This document shows positions 16,657-24,896 of a stretch of 24,896 bases of DNA, piece after piece. Origin of the DNA: a virus (lineage: Duplodnaviria > Caudoviricetes); the IMG/VR virus record IMGVR_UViG_3300032257_000446, positions 1-24,896 of that record; one strand, written 5' to 3'. Under the pieces are notes generated by a model. It was not told the origin of the DNA. It did not search any database and saw only the letters and a list, made by a program, of their open reading frames with translations. Position 1 is the stretch's first letter. Every line of letters begins with the position of its first letter. Both the position numbers and the translations under genes were made by a program.

Positions 16657-17323
16657 TTTTTCTGGCCTCCTTCACCAGTGTGCCGAGATATTGGCCGAGT
16701 TTTATCAGAATGTCCGTGCTGGCGCGGAGATTTATCTCTCCGTTGCCGTGGCGGTAGAACCGAAAGTCCCCATAGGTGTCCCCGTCTATCAGGTCGAGGG
16801 GGACATGCACCTTGCATTCCTGCGGGGCGCCGGTGTTGACCGGCCCGAATTGGTTGCGCACTGGTTGGCGCAGAGCCTTTGCGATGAGGCCCGCCGCGTC
16901 CAGCTGGTCTTGGTGGGTGGCATGATCATCTGCGACGGATTGCAGGCCTTTGCGGGCTAGGGGAATGCCAGGTGTCAAAACATGGCGGCGCAACTCCTGC
17001 ACCACCTTGCCGCACTCCTTCTCGAACCTTTCCGCGCTGATGTTCCGGCTCACAGCTGAGGCCGTGCGCTGCTCATGTGGAAGAAAGTCAGACAATGCAT
17101 GGTAGGCGCCTGCCACCGCGCAGACATTCTCGGGCAGTTTCGCAGAGGCCTTTATGCGTCCATCCTTCCCCCATTGAAATGTCATAGTGAGTGGCTCGGT
17201 TGGATGTCGAAAGGCAACATAACTTGAATGACTGCCCTCTATGGTCGCGCTGTCTCCCAGCACCTGCCGCGCGGCGGGCGCGACAAGGGGTTCCAGCTGT
17301 GTGAGATTGGTTCGCGCGTTCAT
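16619..17323 (-). CDS. Hypothetical protein
   Basis: ATGA coupling with the upstream MTase; GAGGG RBS. Confidence 0.7.
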   Translation of the reverse strand: MNARTNLTQLEPLVAPAARQVLGDSATIEGSHSSYVAFRHPTEPLTMTFQWGKDGRIKASAKLPENVCAVAGAYHALSDFLPHEQRTASAVSRNISAERFEKECGKVVQELRRHVLTPGIPLARKGLQSVADDHATHQDQLDAAGLIAKALRQPVRNQFGPVNTGAPQECKVHVPLDLIDGDTYGDFRFYRHGNGEINLRASTDILIKLGQYLGTLVKEARKNERDHRKRPAAG

Positions 17324-18108
17324 GCCGCCGCCCTCTCTAAAGGGCGGCGCAACTCCTGCACCGGTTCAAAGTCAATTGTGCAGATTTCACAAAGGGGCGA
17401 AGCGTCTTTCCAGTCGCCGCGATAGTAGGACGTGTCGACGCCGCAACCGACCTCAAATGTTAGGCCGGTCTCACTCTCAAACTTCCGATATTTTGCGGAC
17501 TTGGTTTCGCGGTACATTTGCGCTCCAGAATAGACAAAGCCGCTGGACGTTTGGGGTAAGATGAAAGCCCCATAGGCGGCGTGGTCTGAGACAAGGTCAA
17601 CCAATGCAAGGTCGAAATCTGCGCCGGTATAGCGGGGGGCTTTCCAGTCTCGGCGGACCTTGCCGAAAGGCGGGTTTGATATGACGCTGTCAAAATAGCC
17701 AAGCCCCAAGTCTGGCAGGTCGCCAGCATCGGCACATATCCATGTTGCTTCGGGTAGGATCTTTTTGCCAACCTCCACATAGTCCGGGTTTTGCTCTATG
17801 CATACATAGTCTAGGGCCGGGCTGTTGCCGTCTCGCGTGTATTGCGCGCGGTTGAAAACTTGGAAGGCTAGGCCGCCAATGCCAGCGCAGATGTCGAGCA
17901 CGCGGCGCCCTGTCATGGCGTCAATTGAGAAATCGCGAGCAAGTCCGGGCGGGGTGAAAAAGGCGCCTATTGCTCCTGCAGCGTGTTCGGCTCCTTCATG
18001 GTAGTTTTCGAGCACCGTCCATTTTTCATCCTCCGTTAGCTGATCTTTCTTCAAGATGTCCAGCGCGTTTTGGTGGGCGGCGCGTTGTTTGCGGGTGAGT
18101 TTAGCCAT
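17320..18108 (-). CDS. SAM-dependent methyltransferase (NPPF type, probable adenine DNA MTase)
   Basis: GAFFTP, VLDICAGIGGL, ISNPPFG; start 18108 follows AAGGA RBS and the leader repeat. Confidence 0.88.
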   Translation of the reverse strand: MAKLTRKQRAAHQNALDILKKDQLTEDEKWTVLENYHEGAEHAAGAIGAFFTPPGLARDFSIDAMTGRRVLDICAGIGGLAFQVFNRAQYTRDGNSPALDYVCIEQNPDYVEVGKKILPEATWICADAGDLPDLGLGYFDSVISNPPFGKVRRDWKAPRYTGADFDLALVDLVSDHAAYGAFILPQTSSGFVYSGAQMYRETKSAKYRKFESETGLTFEVGCGVDTSYYRGDWKDASPLCEICTIDFEPVQELRRPLERAAA

Positions 18109-18128
18109 GGTCTTTTGTTCCTTCTGAA

Positions 18129-18146
18129 AAGGTGGCCGCATTGGCC
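18129..18146 (-). repeat. Conserved gene-leader repeat, copy 3
   Basis: + strand AAGGTGGCCGCATTGGCC. Confidence 0.85.
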
Positions 18147-18155
18147 GGGGTTGGT

Positions 18156-18650
18156 TTAGGCGCTGATGGCGGTTTGATAAGGGCGCTTTGGCCGGACCGA
18201 TCCGTAAGTTTCGCGGATATCGTCCATAGCCATGGTGCCGCGCGATTTTGAGCGCCAATTGTCGGGGCGGAAGTTCCACATTTTCTTTTTTGATGCGTAG
18301 CGAAAGCCTGCGGCCTTTAGCTCGGCGCGGTGCTTGTATGTCTCGCCGCTCACCCAGACCCACGCGCCACAAATTTCTATATCCAACCCGTCAAGGTGAA
18401 TGATCGCGTTAAGCGCGCCATTGAGAGCGTCCGCATAGTCAAAATGATCCTCTGATGTCTCTGCGTTTGTGTCGACGCCCGGTTCTGTCAGGGCATCATG
18501 AGCGGCGTTAACGAGTTTCATCATTTCCGCGCCCGCTGGGTTGCGGTCTGGGTGGTATTTCAGCGCGGCTTGTTTGTAAGCGGCGGCAATGTCTTCTGCA
18601 CTGGCACCTGCAGCAAGGTTGAGAATGGATAGGGCGTCTTTGATAAGCAT
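18156..18650 (-). CDS. J-domain (DnaJ-like) protein with small C-terminal domain
   Basis: AYKQAALKYHPDRNP..AEMMKLVNAA (HPD motif); C-term GAWVWVSGETY....LKAAGFRY...KKMW. Confidence 0.9.
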   Translation of the reverse strand: MLIKDALSILNLAAGASAEDIAAAYKQAALKYHPDRNPAGAEMMKLVNAAHDALTEPGVDTNAETSEDHFDYADALNGALNAIIHLDGLDIEICGAWVWVSGETYKHRAELKAAGFRYASKKKMWNFRPDNWRSKSRGTMAMDDIRETYGSVRPKRPYQTAISA

Positions 18651-18669
18651 GGCTTGAGTTCCTTTGGTA

Positions 18670-18687
18670 AAGGTGGCCGCAATGGCC
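18670..18687 (-). repeat. Conserved gene-leader repeat, copy 2
   Basis: + strand AAGGTGGCCGCAATGGCC. Confidence 0.85.
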
Positions 18688-18725
18688 GGGGTGTGCAGCG
18701 GGCTTTGCGCCCGCCGCTCTTGTCT

Positions 18726-19361
18726 TTAGTCCGCTGCGATTGCGAGTTCCATTCCAGTTATGTCAAAAGGGAATTGGCGCGGGGCAGGGTTGTCCCGCCA
18801 TGCGACCGGCATGAGAACGCCAATAAAGTCTTGACGGCCAGTCAAGATCACTGCGGCGCCGCCTGCTGCCTTATTGTTGTGGATGATGATGCTGCCCGAC
18901 TTTCGCGAGCCCTTGGCGATCGCGGTGAAGTCACCGAGATATTTAGGATTGTAGCTTGTGACGGCGGTGTCTTCACTGATGTTCGTGGGAACAATCCGGC
19001 GCCAGTTGGGAAAGGACCAGCCGTCTAGCACTGCTTTGGGTTGCATGGCTTCCGGTTCGTCTTTGTAAGTGACTGTTGCGTTTCCATCATCTGAAATGAG
19101 CAAGCGCCGTGCGGTTTCAATGTCCCGCGCGGGGCTCTTACAACGTGAGGCTGTTGCCTTGTCTAATTTGATGATGGCTGGTGCGTCGGCGGTGCCGGTC
19201 TCGTCATGAAACACAGCCATACGGTGCCCGTCTGTTGCGACAATGAAGACGCCTCCTTGCGGTGCGGCTTCTACATAGAAGCCCTGCAGGTAGCAGCGCG
19301 TCGGCTCTTTGCCAAGGAATGGCTGAACGAGGTGGGCATATGATGCTTGAATGCTAATCAT
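18726..19361 (-). CDS. Truncated DNA polymerase III beta-clamp-like protein
   Basis: TRCYLQG..VE....VATDGHRMA, FPNWRRIVP, YNPKYL, GVLMPV resemble DnaN central and C-terminal motifs; only 211 aa. Confidence 0.75.
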   Translation of the reverse strand: MISIQASYAHLVQPFLGKEPTRCYLQGFYVEAAPQGGVFIVATDGHRMAVFHDETGTADAPAIIKLDKATASRCKSPARDIETARRLLISDDGNATVTYKDEPEAMQPKAVLDGWSFPNWRRIVPTNISEDTAVTSYNPKYLGDFTAIAKGSRKSGSIIIHNNKAAGGAAVILTGRQDFIGVLMPVAWRDNPAPRQFPFDITGMELAIAAD

Positions 19362-19380
19362 GGTCTTTGTTCCTTTGTTT

Positions 19381-19398
19381 AAGGTGGCCGCAATGGCC
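19381..19398 (-). repeat. Conserved gene-leader repeat, copy 1
   Basis: + strand AAGGTGGCCGCAATGGCC. Confidence 0.85.
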
Positions 19399-19423
19399 TT
19401 GCGCTTCGTGCGCTGTGTCATTG

Positions 19424-19452
19424 AATATATGGCTGTAGCCATAGTGTGTCAA
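19424..19452 (-). promoter_or_regulatory. Near-consensus sigma70 promoter of the leftward accessory operon
   Basis: Minus strand TTGACA (19452-19447) - 17 nt - TATATT (19429-19424). Confidence 0.75.
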
Positions 19453-19457
19453 TAGGT

Positions 19458-19474
19458 GTATCAAAAAATGATTG
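19458..19474. promoter_or_regulatory. Putative repressor operator
   Basis: GTATCA-AAAAA-TGATTG, same motif as the switch operators. Confidence 0.7.
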
Positions 19475-19522
19475 CGCGAATGTACGTTCGCGGATAACAA
19501 TCTCTTCATTCCTCGAATCACG

Positions 19523-19555
19523 CCCGCAGCGCCGTCCGGCCCTAGCGGGTTTTTT
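19523..19555 (+). terminator. Possible intrinsic terminator upstream of the late genes
   Basis: CCCGC...GCGGG stem followed by a T6 run, in the tR'-like position; loop/upper stem is imperfect. Confidence 0.4.
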
Positions 19556-19565
19556 GTTGGGACAT

Positions 19566-19985
19566 ATGCCAGACGCCCCTAAGACCTACCGGACCGCTGC
19601 CCAACGGGCGCGGAGCAGAGAGGCTAAGACCGACCGGAAGAAACGCTTTGACAAGAAGCGACGGAACTCAGCCCACCGGCATCTATACAAGCGGAAGATA
19701 TGGCGAGACCCGGAGTCGGGGCTAAGGGCGCAACAGCTCGCCAAGGTTCCCTATTGCGAGCGATGCGACCGGCAAGGGCTAAGAGCAGTACCGGCGACCG
19801 TTGTTAATCACAAGGTTCCACATGAGGGCGATTGGGATTTATTCGCTGATCCCCACAATCTGGAGAGCAGTTGCAAGCCTTGCCATGACGGCCCCACGCA
19901 AAGCTATGAGCGGCGCGGTTATTCGGAAGACGTTGACCCGGTAACCGGTCTCTACACAGACCCCAATCACCCCTCAAACCAATAG
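19566..19985 (+). CDS. HNH endonuclease (terminase-associated)
   Basis: PYCERC...ATVVNHKVPHEGD..LF.D..NLESSCKPCH; upstream of TerS. Confidence 0.9.
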   Translation: MPDAPKTYRTAAQRARSREAKTDRKKRFDKKRRNSAHRHLYKRKIWRDPESGLRAQQLAKVPYCERCDRQGLRAVPATVVNHKVPHEGDWDLFADPHNLESSCKPCHDGPTQSYERRGYSEDVDPVTGLYTDPNHPSNQ

Positions 19986-20109
19986 CCCCGCCATGGGGGG
20001 GAGGGTCAAAAGTCCAGGCCAACCGTCCAGGGACCGGCGTGGGTAACGATTTGTGCGGGGCCGCGAAATTCTGAAAAACTTTTTTTGAGATATTTTTTTT
20101 GAGGGCCCT
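19986..20109. other. Probable cos-site region
   Basis: Non-coding gap between HNH and TerS with GGGGGGGAGGGTCAAAAGT...GACCG...CGCGAAATT, resembling such regions of HK97-like cos phages; cut site not determined. Confidence 0.55.
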
Positions 20110-20670
20110 ATGGGACGACCAAGAAAACCAGAAGCTGAGAAAGTCCTTCGTGGAAATCCCGGCAAGCGAAAGCTCGCTGATCCAGAGACAACCATTGCTC
20201 CGATTGGAACTGTTCCGAAGGTTCAGCCTCCATGGTGGTTGACGCACGAACTACCATTGAAAGTTTGGGATGTGCTCGCGCCGGAGCTGGCTTCAGCGCA
20301 TCTGCTGACCGATGCCATGGCAACAACATTCGCGCGATACTGCGTCTTGATGGCTCGGTGGATCAAAGATCATGAGTTTCTGCTCGAGAATGATGCGGTC
20401 TATGAGACGGATAGTGCGCACGGAAAGATGAAGCGGATTGAACCGATTGCGGCGCTGGATGCAAAACTTGCGAAAGAGCTGCTGTCGCTGGAAGCGCAAT
20501 TCGGTTTGACGCCTCTGTCGCGGCAGGGCATGCAAGCGAAACTTGCCGCTGGTGGTTTGCCTCTCACAGGTGGCGCTGCGGCGAAGCCCACGAATGATCA
20601 ATCTGCCAAGGCGGAAGCTGCAGAACAAAGTGGCAGCTCAGGTGGTCAGCTCATTGGCTTTTTGAACTAG
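20110..20670 (+). CDS. terS: Terminase small subunit, P27 family
   Basis: MGRPRKP...K.LRGNPGKR, PP.WL, YC, FGLTPLSR. Confidence 0.93.
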   Translation: MGRPRKPEAEKVLRGNPGKRKLADPETTIAPIGTVPKVQPPWWLTHELPLKVWDVLAPELASAHLLTDAMATTFARYCVLMARWIKDHEFLLENDAVYETDSAHGKMKRIEPIAALDAKLAKELLSLEAQFGLTPLSRQGMQAKLAAGGLPLTGGAAAKPTNDQSAKAEAAEQSGSSGGQLIGFLN

Positions 20671-20685
20671 CGGCAGGGCAGTTAA

Positions 20686-22545
20686 TTGGTTGTTGCGCAG
20701 AAGCGCGTCGTCAAAAAGCGGCCCGCCGCCAAAGAAGGAGTATCGAAAAAGAAGGCCACTCCGAAACGGAAGGTGCCTGCAAAGCGCAAGGCGGCGGCGA
20801 AGAAGGGAACCCGGAAGAAGGCGGTTCCAAAAATCGTCTATCCGGATTGGGTCAAGAAGGCGGCAAAGGACCCGCGTCTTCACTGGGTCAAGATGTATTG
20901 GGATCGGGCAAGCGGTGTGCCTGGTTCTTTCTTCGATCAGGTGAAGGCGCAGAAGGCCGTCGACTTCTTCCCAGCGAAACTAAAGCACACCGAAGGAGAG
21001 TGGGCCGGTCGGTCCTTCAAACTCGCATTCTGGCAGGACCCAATTATCCGCTTCCTATTTGGGTGGCATATCCCGAACGATGAGGAGGGAAGCGACCGAC
21101 CAGTAGTACGCCTCTATCGTCAGCTACTGCTCTGGATACCGCGTAAGAATGGAAAGACAGAGTTCGCCGCAGGCCTGGCTCTGATGATGTTGCTGGGTGA
21201 TGCCGAGTATGGCGGTCAGGTATACTCGATCGCGACGGACAAAGATCAAGCGGCGATCGTTTTCAACAAGGTCGCTACGATGATCGGTTTCTCCTATGAG
21301 CTGGCGAGTGTCGCGACGGCGTTTAAGGACCATGTTTTTTGCGAGCAGCTGAAGGCGGTAATGAAACCGCTTTCCGGAAAAGTAACCGGGAAACACGGCT
21401 ATTCAGCAAGCGGGCTCATTGGTGATGAGGCGCATGAGTGGGCGAATGATGAAGTTTACACTTTCGTCCATCAATCTTCGGGCGCCCGTGCCCAACCGTT
21501 AGAGGCGATTATCTCTACAGCTGGGAAGATTGGATACGGCTATGGGTGGGAGCTGTACCAGGAAGCTGAAAACATCGCTAATGGCGTACTCCCAGAACAG
21601 CGAACCCTTGCTGTCATCTATGCCGCGAACGACAATGATGATTGGAAGGACGAGAAAGTTTGGGCTCGGGTCAATCCGAATATCGGTGTCTCACCGAAAT
21701 GGGCCTATCTCCGCAGTGAGTTTCAAAAAGCGTTACAGAGCCCGCGTCGTGAGGGGACGTTCAAGCGCTATCACCTCAACATGTGGACCGAACAGGCAAC
21801 CCGCTGGATACGCCTGGAAGATTGGAGAGCATGCTCAGAGTTTCCGCTTGATCCGGTCACTCAAGACAATGCGTTTTATTGGCGCGAGCTTCCTGCGAAG
21901 ATGCGCGGGCGAAAGGCATATTGCGGCGTTGATCTTTCAAGCGTCAAGGATATTACCGCTGTTGTCCTTGTCTTTCCACCGGAGGAACCGGGCGAGCGAT
22001 GGGTCATCATCCCGTGGATGTGGGTTCCCAAGAAGACTGTCGATCTGCAGTCAGGAAACGGCAAAAACCATTATGAGACGTGGGTCAAGCATGGCGCGCT
22101 AACGCAGACCGCAGGGAATCAGGTCGACTACGACTATGTTGAGCAGGTGTTGCTCGAAGTGTTTGAACAGTACGATGTTGAAATGATTGCCTATGACCGG
22201 TGGAACGCTGGTCAGCTCATGACGAACTTAAAGAAGGAGGAGCTGCCGGTTCATCCTTTTGGTCAGGGATTTGCTTCGCTTAACGCTCCATCGAAAGAGT
22301 TTGAACGACGATGCCTCGCTCATAGTTTTGAACATGGAAACCACCCGGTTCTTACATGGATGTGCGCGAACTTGTCTTGCGAGACTGATGCCCCCGGAAA
22401 TGTAAAGCCGAGTAAAGAGACATCTGGAAACAAGATTGATGGGTTGTTCGCAGCGATTATGGCAATCGGTGTGGAGATAGGTGAACAACCCGAAGAACAA
22501 GATGATCTCGATGACTTTCTCAACAACGCGGTGATGAGCGCATGA
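20686..22545 (+). CDS. terL: Terminase large subunit
   Basis: WQ motif, Walker A IPRKNGKT, Walker B LIGDEAH, ISTAG, GVDLS, YDRWNA, KIDG; TTG start uncertain. Confidence 0.96.
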   Translation: MVVAQKRVVKKRPAAKEGVSKKKATPKRKVPAKRKAAAKKGTRKKAVPKIVYPDWVKKAAKDPRLHWVKMYWDRASGVPGSFFDQVKAQKAVDFFPAKLKHTEGEWAGRSFKLAFWQDPIIRFLFGWHIPNDEEGSDRPVVRLYRQLLLWIPRKNGKTEFAAGLALMMLLGDAEYGGQVYSIATDKDQAAIVFNKVATMIGFSYELASVATAFKDHVFCEQLKAVMKPLSGKVTGKHGYSASGLIGDEAHEWANDEVYTFVHQSSGARAQPLEAIISTAGKIGYGYGWELYQEAENIANGVLPEQRTLAVIYAANDNDDWKDEKVWARVNPNIGVSPKWAYLRSEFQKALQSPRREGTFKRYHLNMWTEQATRWIRLEDWRACSEFPLDPVTQDNAFYWRELPAKMRGRKAYCGVDLSSVKDITAVVLVFPPEEPGERWVIIPWMWVPKKTVDLQSGNGKNHYETWVKHGALTQTAGNQVDYDYVEQVLLEVFEQYDVEMIAYDRWNAGQLMTNLKKEELPVHPFGQGFASLNAPSKEFERRCLAHSFEHGNHPVLTWMCANLSCETDAPGNVKPSKETSGNKIDGLFAAIMAIGVEIGEQPEEQDDLDDFLNNAVMSA

Positions 22546-23825
22546 GCCTTTTTGGTGGCAAGAGCTTCCGCCTGTCTGACCCAATCGCGGGCAGGCTGGC
22601 CGAGTTCTTTAGTTTCAGCAATCACGCCGGGAAACGAGTGACTCATGAGACAGTGTTGGAACTCTCTGGAGCGTGGGCGTGCGTACGTCTTCTTGCGGAG
22701 GTCATTGCGACATTGCCATTGCGGTTATACCAGCGTGACCAAGATGGGGGGCGGACCTATCTGAGTGACCATGCTGTTAATGAACTGTTCAATGAGTCTC
22801 CTAATGCAGATCAGACTCCGGTTGAGTATCTGGAGAGCGTGGCTGGCTCGATCGCCCTTTGGGGCAACTCCTACTCTGAGATTTCGCGAAGCGGAACACG
22901 GTTATCGTCGCTCAACTTTCTGAGGCCAGACCTCACCACAGTAGAACGCAACAATGACGGGGTTCCTGTCTACAATTTCAATGATCGGGGAAAGATAGAA
23001 ACCCTCCCAGAAGGCAAGGTCTGGCACATCAAGGGATTTGGACTTGATCCGCTCATGGGAATGTCACCCATCACCTATGCGCGTCAGACCATGGGTGGCG
23101 CGCTAGCAGCGGATGAAGTGGCCGCAAAATTCTTCGCCAATGGGATGCAGGCATCGGGCTTTATCGAGTCGCCGCAGGTTCTTACAGATGAGCAAAGGCC
23201 TCAATGGGAAAAAATCATCGAGCGCTTCACCGGGTCAAAAAATGCCGGGAAGGTGATGACGCTTGAAGGCGGCTTTAAATGGAACCCGGTCGGTATGCCG
23301 CCAGAGGATGCGCAGCTCCTTGAGACGCGTGCGTTCAATATTGAGGAGGTCTGCCGCTGGTTCCGAGTGCCCCCCGTTTTGATCGGACACAGCCCCAAAG
23401 GGCAAACCATGTGGGGGTCGGGTATCGAGCAGATCATGATTGCTTTCCTGACGCTAGCACTGCGGCCCTACCTTTCGCGGATTACCTCATCAGTCAGCAA
23501 GCACCTGTTGGCACCAGGTGAGGCCAAAGGAATTTCGGTCGGCTTTAATGTCGATGCTTTGTTGCAGGCAGACAGTGCGGCGCGCGCTCAGCTCTATTCG
23601 TCGCTTGCGCAGAATGGCATTAGCACGCGCAACGAGCTGCGCGCCTTGCAAGACATGCCATCGAAAGAGGGTGGGGAAGATCTCACTGTTCAAAGCAACA
23701 TGATCCGGTTGCAGGATTTGGGGGAGAACAGTGACGGCATGAAAATGCTTGCCGCAGTGATCTCTCAACTAGCGAACACCTCCAATAGCGGCATTACATC
23801 GGAGCAGATCCATGACGTTCAGTAG
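22542..23825 (+). CDS. HK97-family portal protein
   Basis: WACVRLLAE.IATLPL, LWGNSY, GMSPI, FFANG, DAQLLETR.F..EEVCRWFRVPP. Confidence 0.96.
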   Translation: MSLFGGKSFRLSDPIAGRLAEFFSFSNHAGKRVTHETVLELSGAWACVRLLAEVIATLPLRLYQRDQDGGRTYLSDHAVNELFNESPNADQTPVEYLESVAGSIALWGNSYSEISRSGTRLSSLNFLRPDLTTVERNNDGVPVYNFNDRGKIETLPEGKVWHIKGFGLDPLMGMSPITYARQTMGGALAADEVAAKFFANGMQASGFIESPQVLTDEQRPQWEKIIERFTGSKNAGKVMTLEGGFKWNPVGMPPEDAQLLETRAFNIEEVCRWFRVPPVLIGHSPKGQTMWGSGIEQIMIAFLTLALRPYLSRITSSVSKHLLAPGEAKGISVGFNVDALLQADSAARAQLYSSLAQNGISTRNELRALQDMPSKEGGEDLTVQSNMIRLQDLGENSDGMKMLAAVISQLANTSNSGITSEQIHDVQ

Positions 23826-24537
23826 CTACCCCCATTCTGCCAAACAGGCCGGTGGCGCCGTTCGGCTGAAAGACTTTGAGTTCAAAGTTAAGGCTGACGG
23901 CGAGCCAGGTATTTTCTCTGGCTATGGATCGGTTTTTGGGTTGGTGGATCATGATCGCGAGATTGTTGCCCCTGGTGCTTTCTCCGCATCGCTCGCCGAA
24001 CAGAAGGCGGTTGGGCGTCCTGTACCCGTGTTGTGGCAACATAGCTCCAGCCAGCCTATTGGGATTTACACTGAGATCGTAGAGGATGAAAAAGGCCTCA
24101 AGGTTTCTGGCAAGTTGCTGGTTGATAGCGTCAAGCAGGCAGCGGAAACCTATGCGCTGATGCAGGCTGGTGCCGTCTCCGGACTGTCTATCGGCTACAT
24201 GGTCGAAGAGTCCAGTCGCGACGAAACGACCGGTGTTCGAACTTTGGAAAGGCTAAAGCTGCTGGAAGTGTCGCTAGTGACTTTCCCGGCGAACGATGAG
24301 TCCCGTGTTGATGAGGTGAAGTTCAAACTCGCTCACGGTCGACTGCCCAACTTAAAGGATTTCGAGAAGCTCCTGCGTGAGGCAGGTTTCTCAAAAACTC
24401 AAGCCGCATGCGTCGCGAACAACGGCATGAGAGAATTGCTTCAGAGAGAGTCTGGCGCAGACAGCGACACCGACAGCACGGCAATCGTTGACAGGATCAA
24501 GAGCATCACTGCCGACTTTGCCGATTTCAAACTCTGA
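23812..24537 (+). CDS. HK97-family prohead maturation protease
   Basis: FSGYGSVFG.VD, VLWQH, GLSIGY, LLEVSLVTFPAN. Confidence 0.95.
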   Translation: MTFSSYPHSAKQAGGAVRLKDFEFKVKADGEPGIFSGYGSVFGLVDHDREIVAPGAFSASLAEQKAVGRPVPVLWQHSSSQPIGIYTEIVEDEKGLKVSGKLLVDSVKQAAETYALMQAGAVSGLSIGYMVEESSRDETTGVRTLERLKLLEVSLVTFPANDESRVDEVKFKLAHGRLPNLKDFEKLLREAGFSKTQAACVANNGMRELLQRESGADSDTDSTAIVDRIKSITADFADFKL

Positions 24538-24552
24538 AGAAGGAAAAGATCG

Positions 24553-24896
24553 ATGAACGCTATTGTGAAACATACAGGCATTCCATCTCGTGAATTTGGC
24601 CGCAAGGACAAAGGCGGCGAGGGCGAGTCTGGAGACCAAGTCCTTGAGGCACTGGAAGGCCTTAAGGAACAGTTCGGTGAGAACTTTCAAAAGACCGGGG
24701 AAACCCTCGACACTTTCAAGAAGGAAATGTCGACACAAGGTCAGGTTGCTGCAGAAACCAAAGCAGCTGTGGACGAGGTGCTTGCTAAAGGGACCGAACT
24801 TGAAGGCCGTATCAAGGAGCTTGAGCAGAAGTCAGACCGTCGACCTGGTGGCGGCGAACCTGCGGCGAAGTCTGCCGGGTATCAGGTTATTGAGAG
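24553..24896 (+). CDS. Major capsid protein, N-terminal (delta-domain) part; truncated by the window
   Basis: AAGGA RBS, ATG 24553, open to the end of the window; coiled-coil-like sequence after the protease gene. Confidence 0.8.
   Translation, partial: MNAIVKHTGIPSREFGRKDKGGEGESGDQVLEALEGLKEQFGENFQKTGETLDTFKKEMSTQGQVAAETKAAVDEVLAKGTELEGRIKELEQKSDRRPGGGEPAAKSAGYQVIE

Larger units (their letters stand above)
1140..24896. mobile_element. Temperate prophage (HK97-like head module), left part; continues beyond the window
   Basis: Integrase ends 22 nt after the tRNA 3' end; then repressor/Cro, replication, HNH, TerS, TerL, portal, protease and capsid in lambdoid order. The second att copy is not in the window. 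Confidence 0.95.

Noticed and set aside
18109-18372. N-terminal extension of the MTase ORF
   Set aside because: Overlaps the J-domain gene; RBS and leader repeat mark ATG 18108
19477-19490. SOS box (CGAATGTACGTTCG resembles the Gram-positive GAAC-N4-GTTC)
   Set aside because: Host looks alphaproteobacterial, where LexA binds a GTTC-N7-GTTC direct repeat

Overview
Alphaproteobacterial-type chromosomal locus (ihfA - MerR-family regulator - tRNA-Pro(GGG)) followed by the left ~23.7 kb of a temperate, HK97-like (cos/HNH/P27-TerS) prophage integrated at the tRNA 3' end. The prophage carries integrase/excisionase, a repressor/Cro switch, early and replication genes (two MTases, HslV-like protease, Prim-Pol/D5 helicase with iterons), a leftward accessory operon (beta-clamp-like, J-domain protein, third MTase, XRE) and head-packaging genes running off the window. 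The main observation is a complete LuxR + LuxI (AHL receptor + synthase) pair plus a translationally coupled 69-aa ORF, located inside the lysogeny module between the repressor and xis-int. This suggests a phage-encoded AHL-type communication system controlling lysis/lysogeny. Also seen: a GTATCA-N5-TGATAC operator shared by three distant promoters, a highly structured ~200-nt candidate ncRNA, a repeated 18-bp leader before each of the first three accessory-operon genes, and a 13-bp tandem array. All family calls are from motif recognition by eye; no searches were run.
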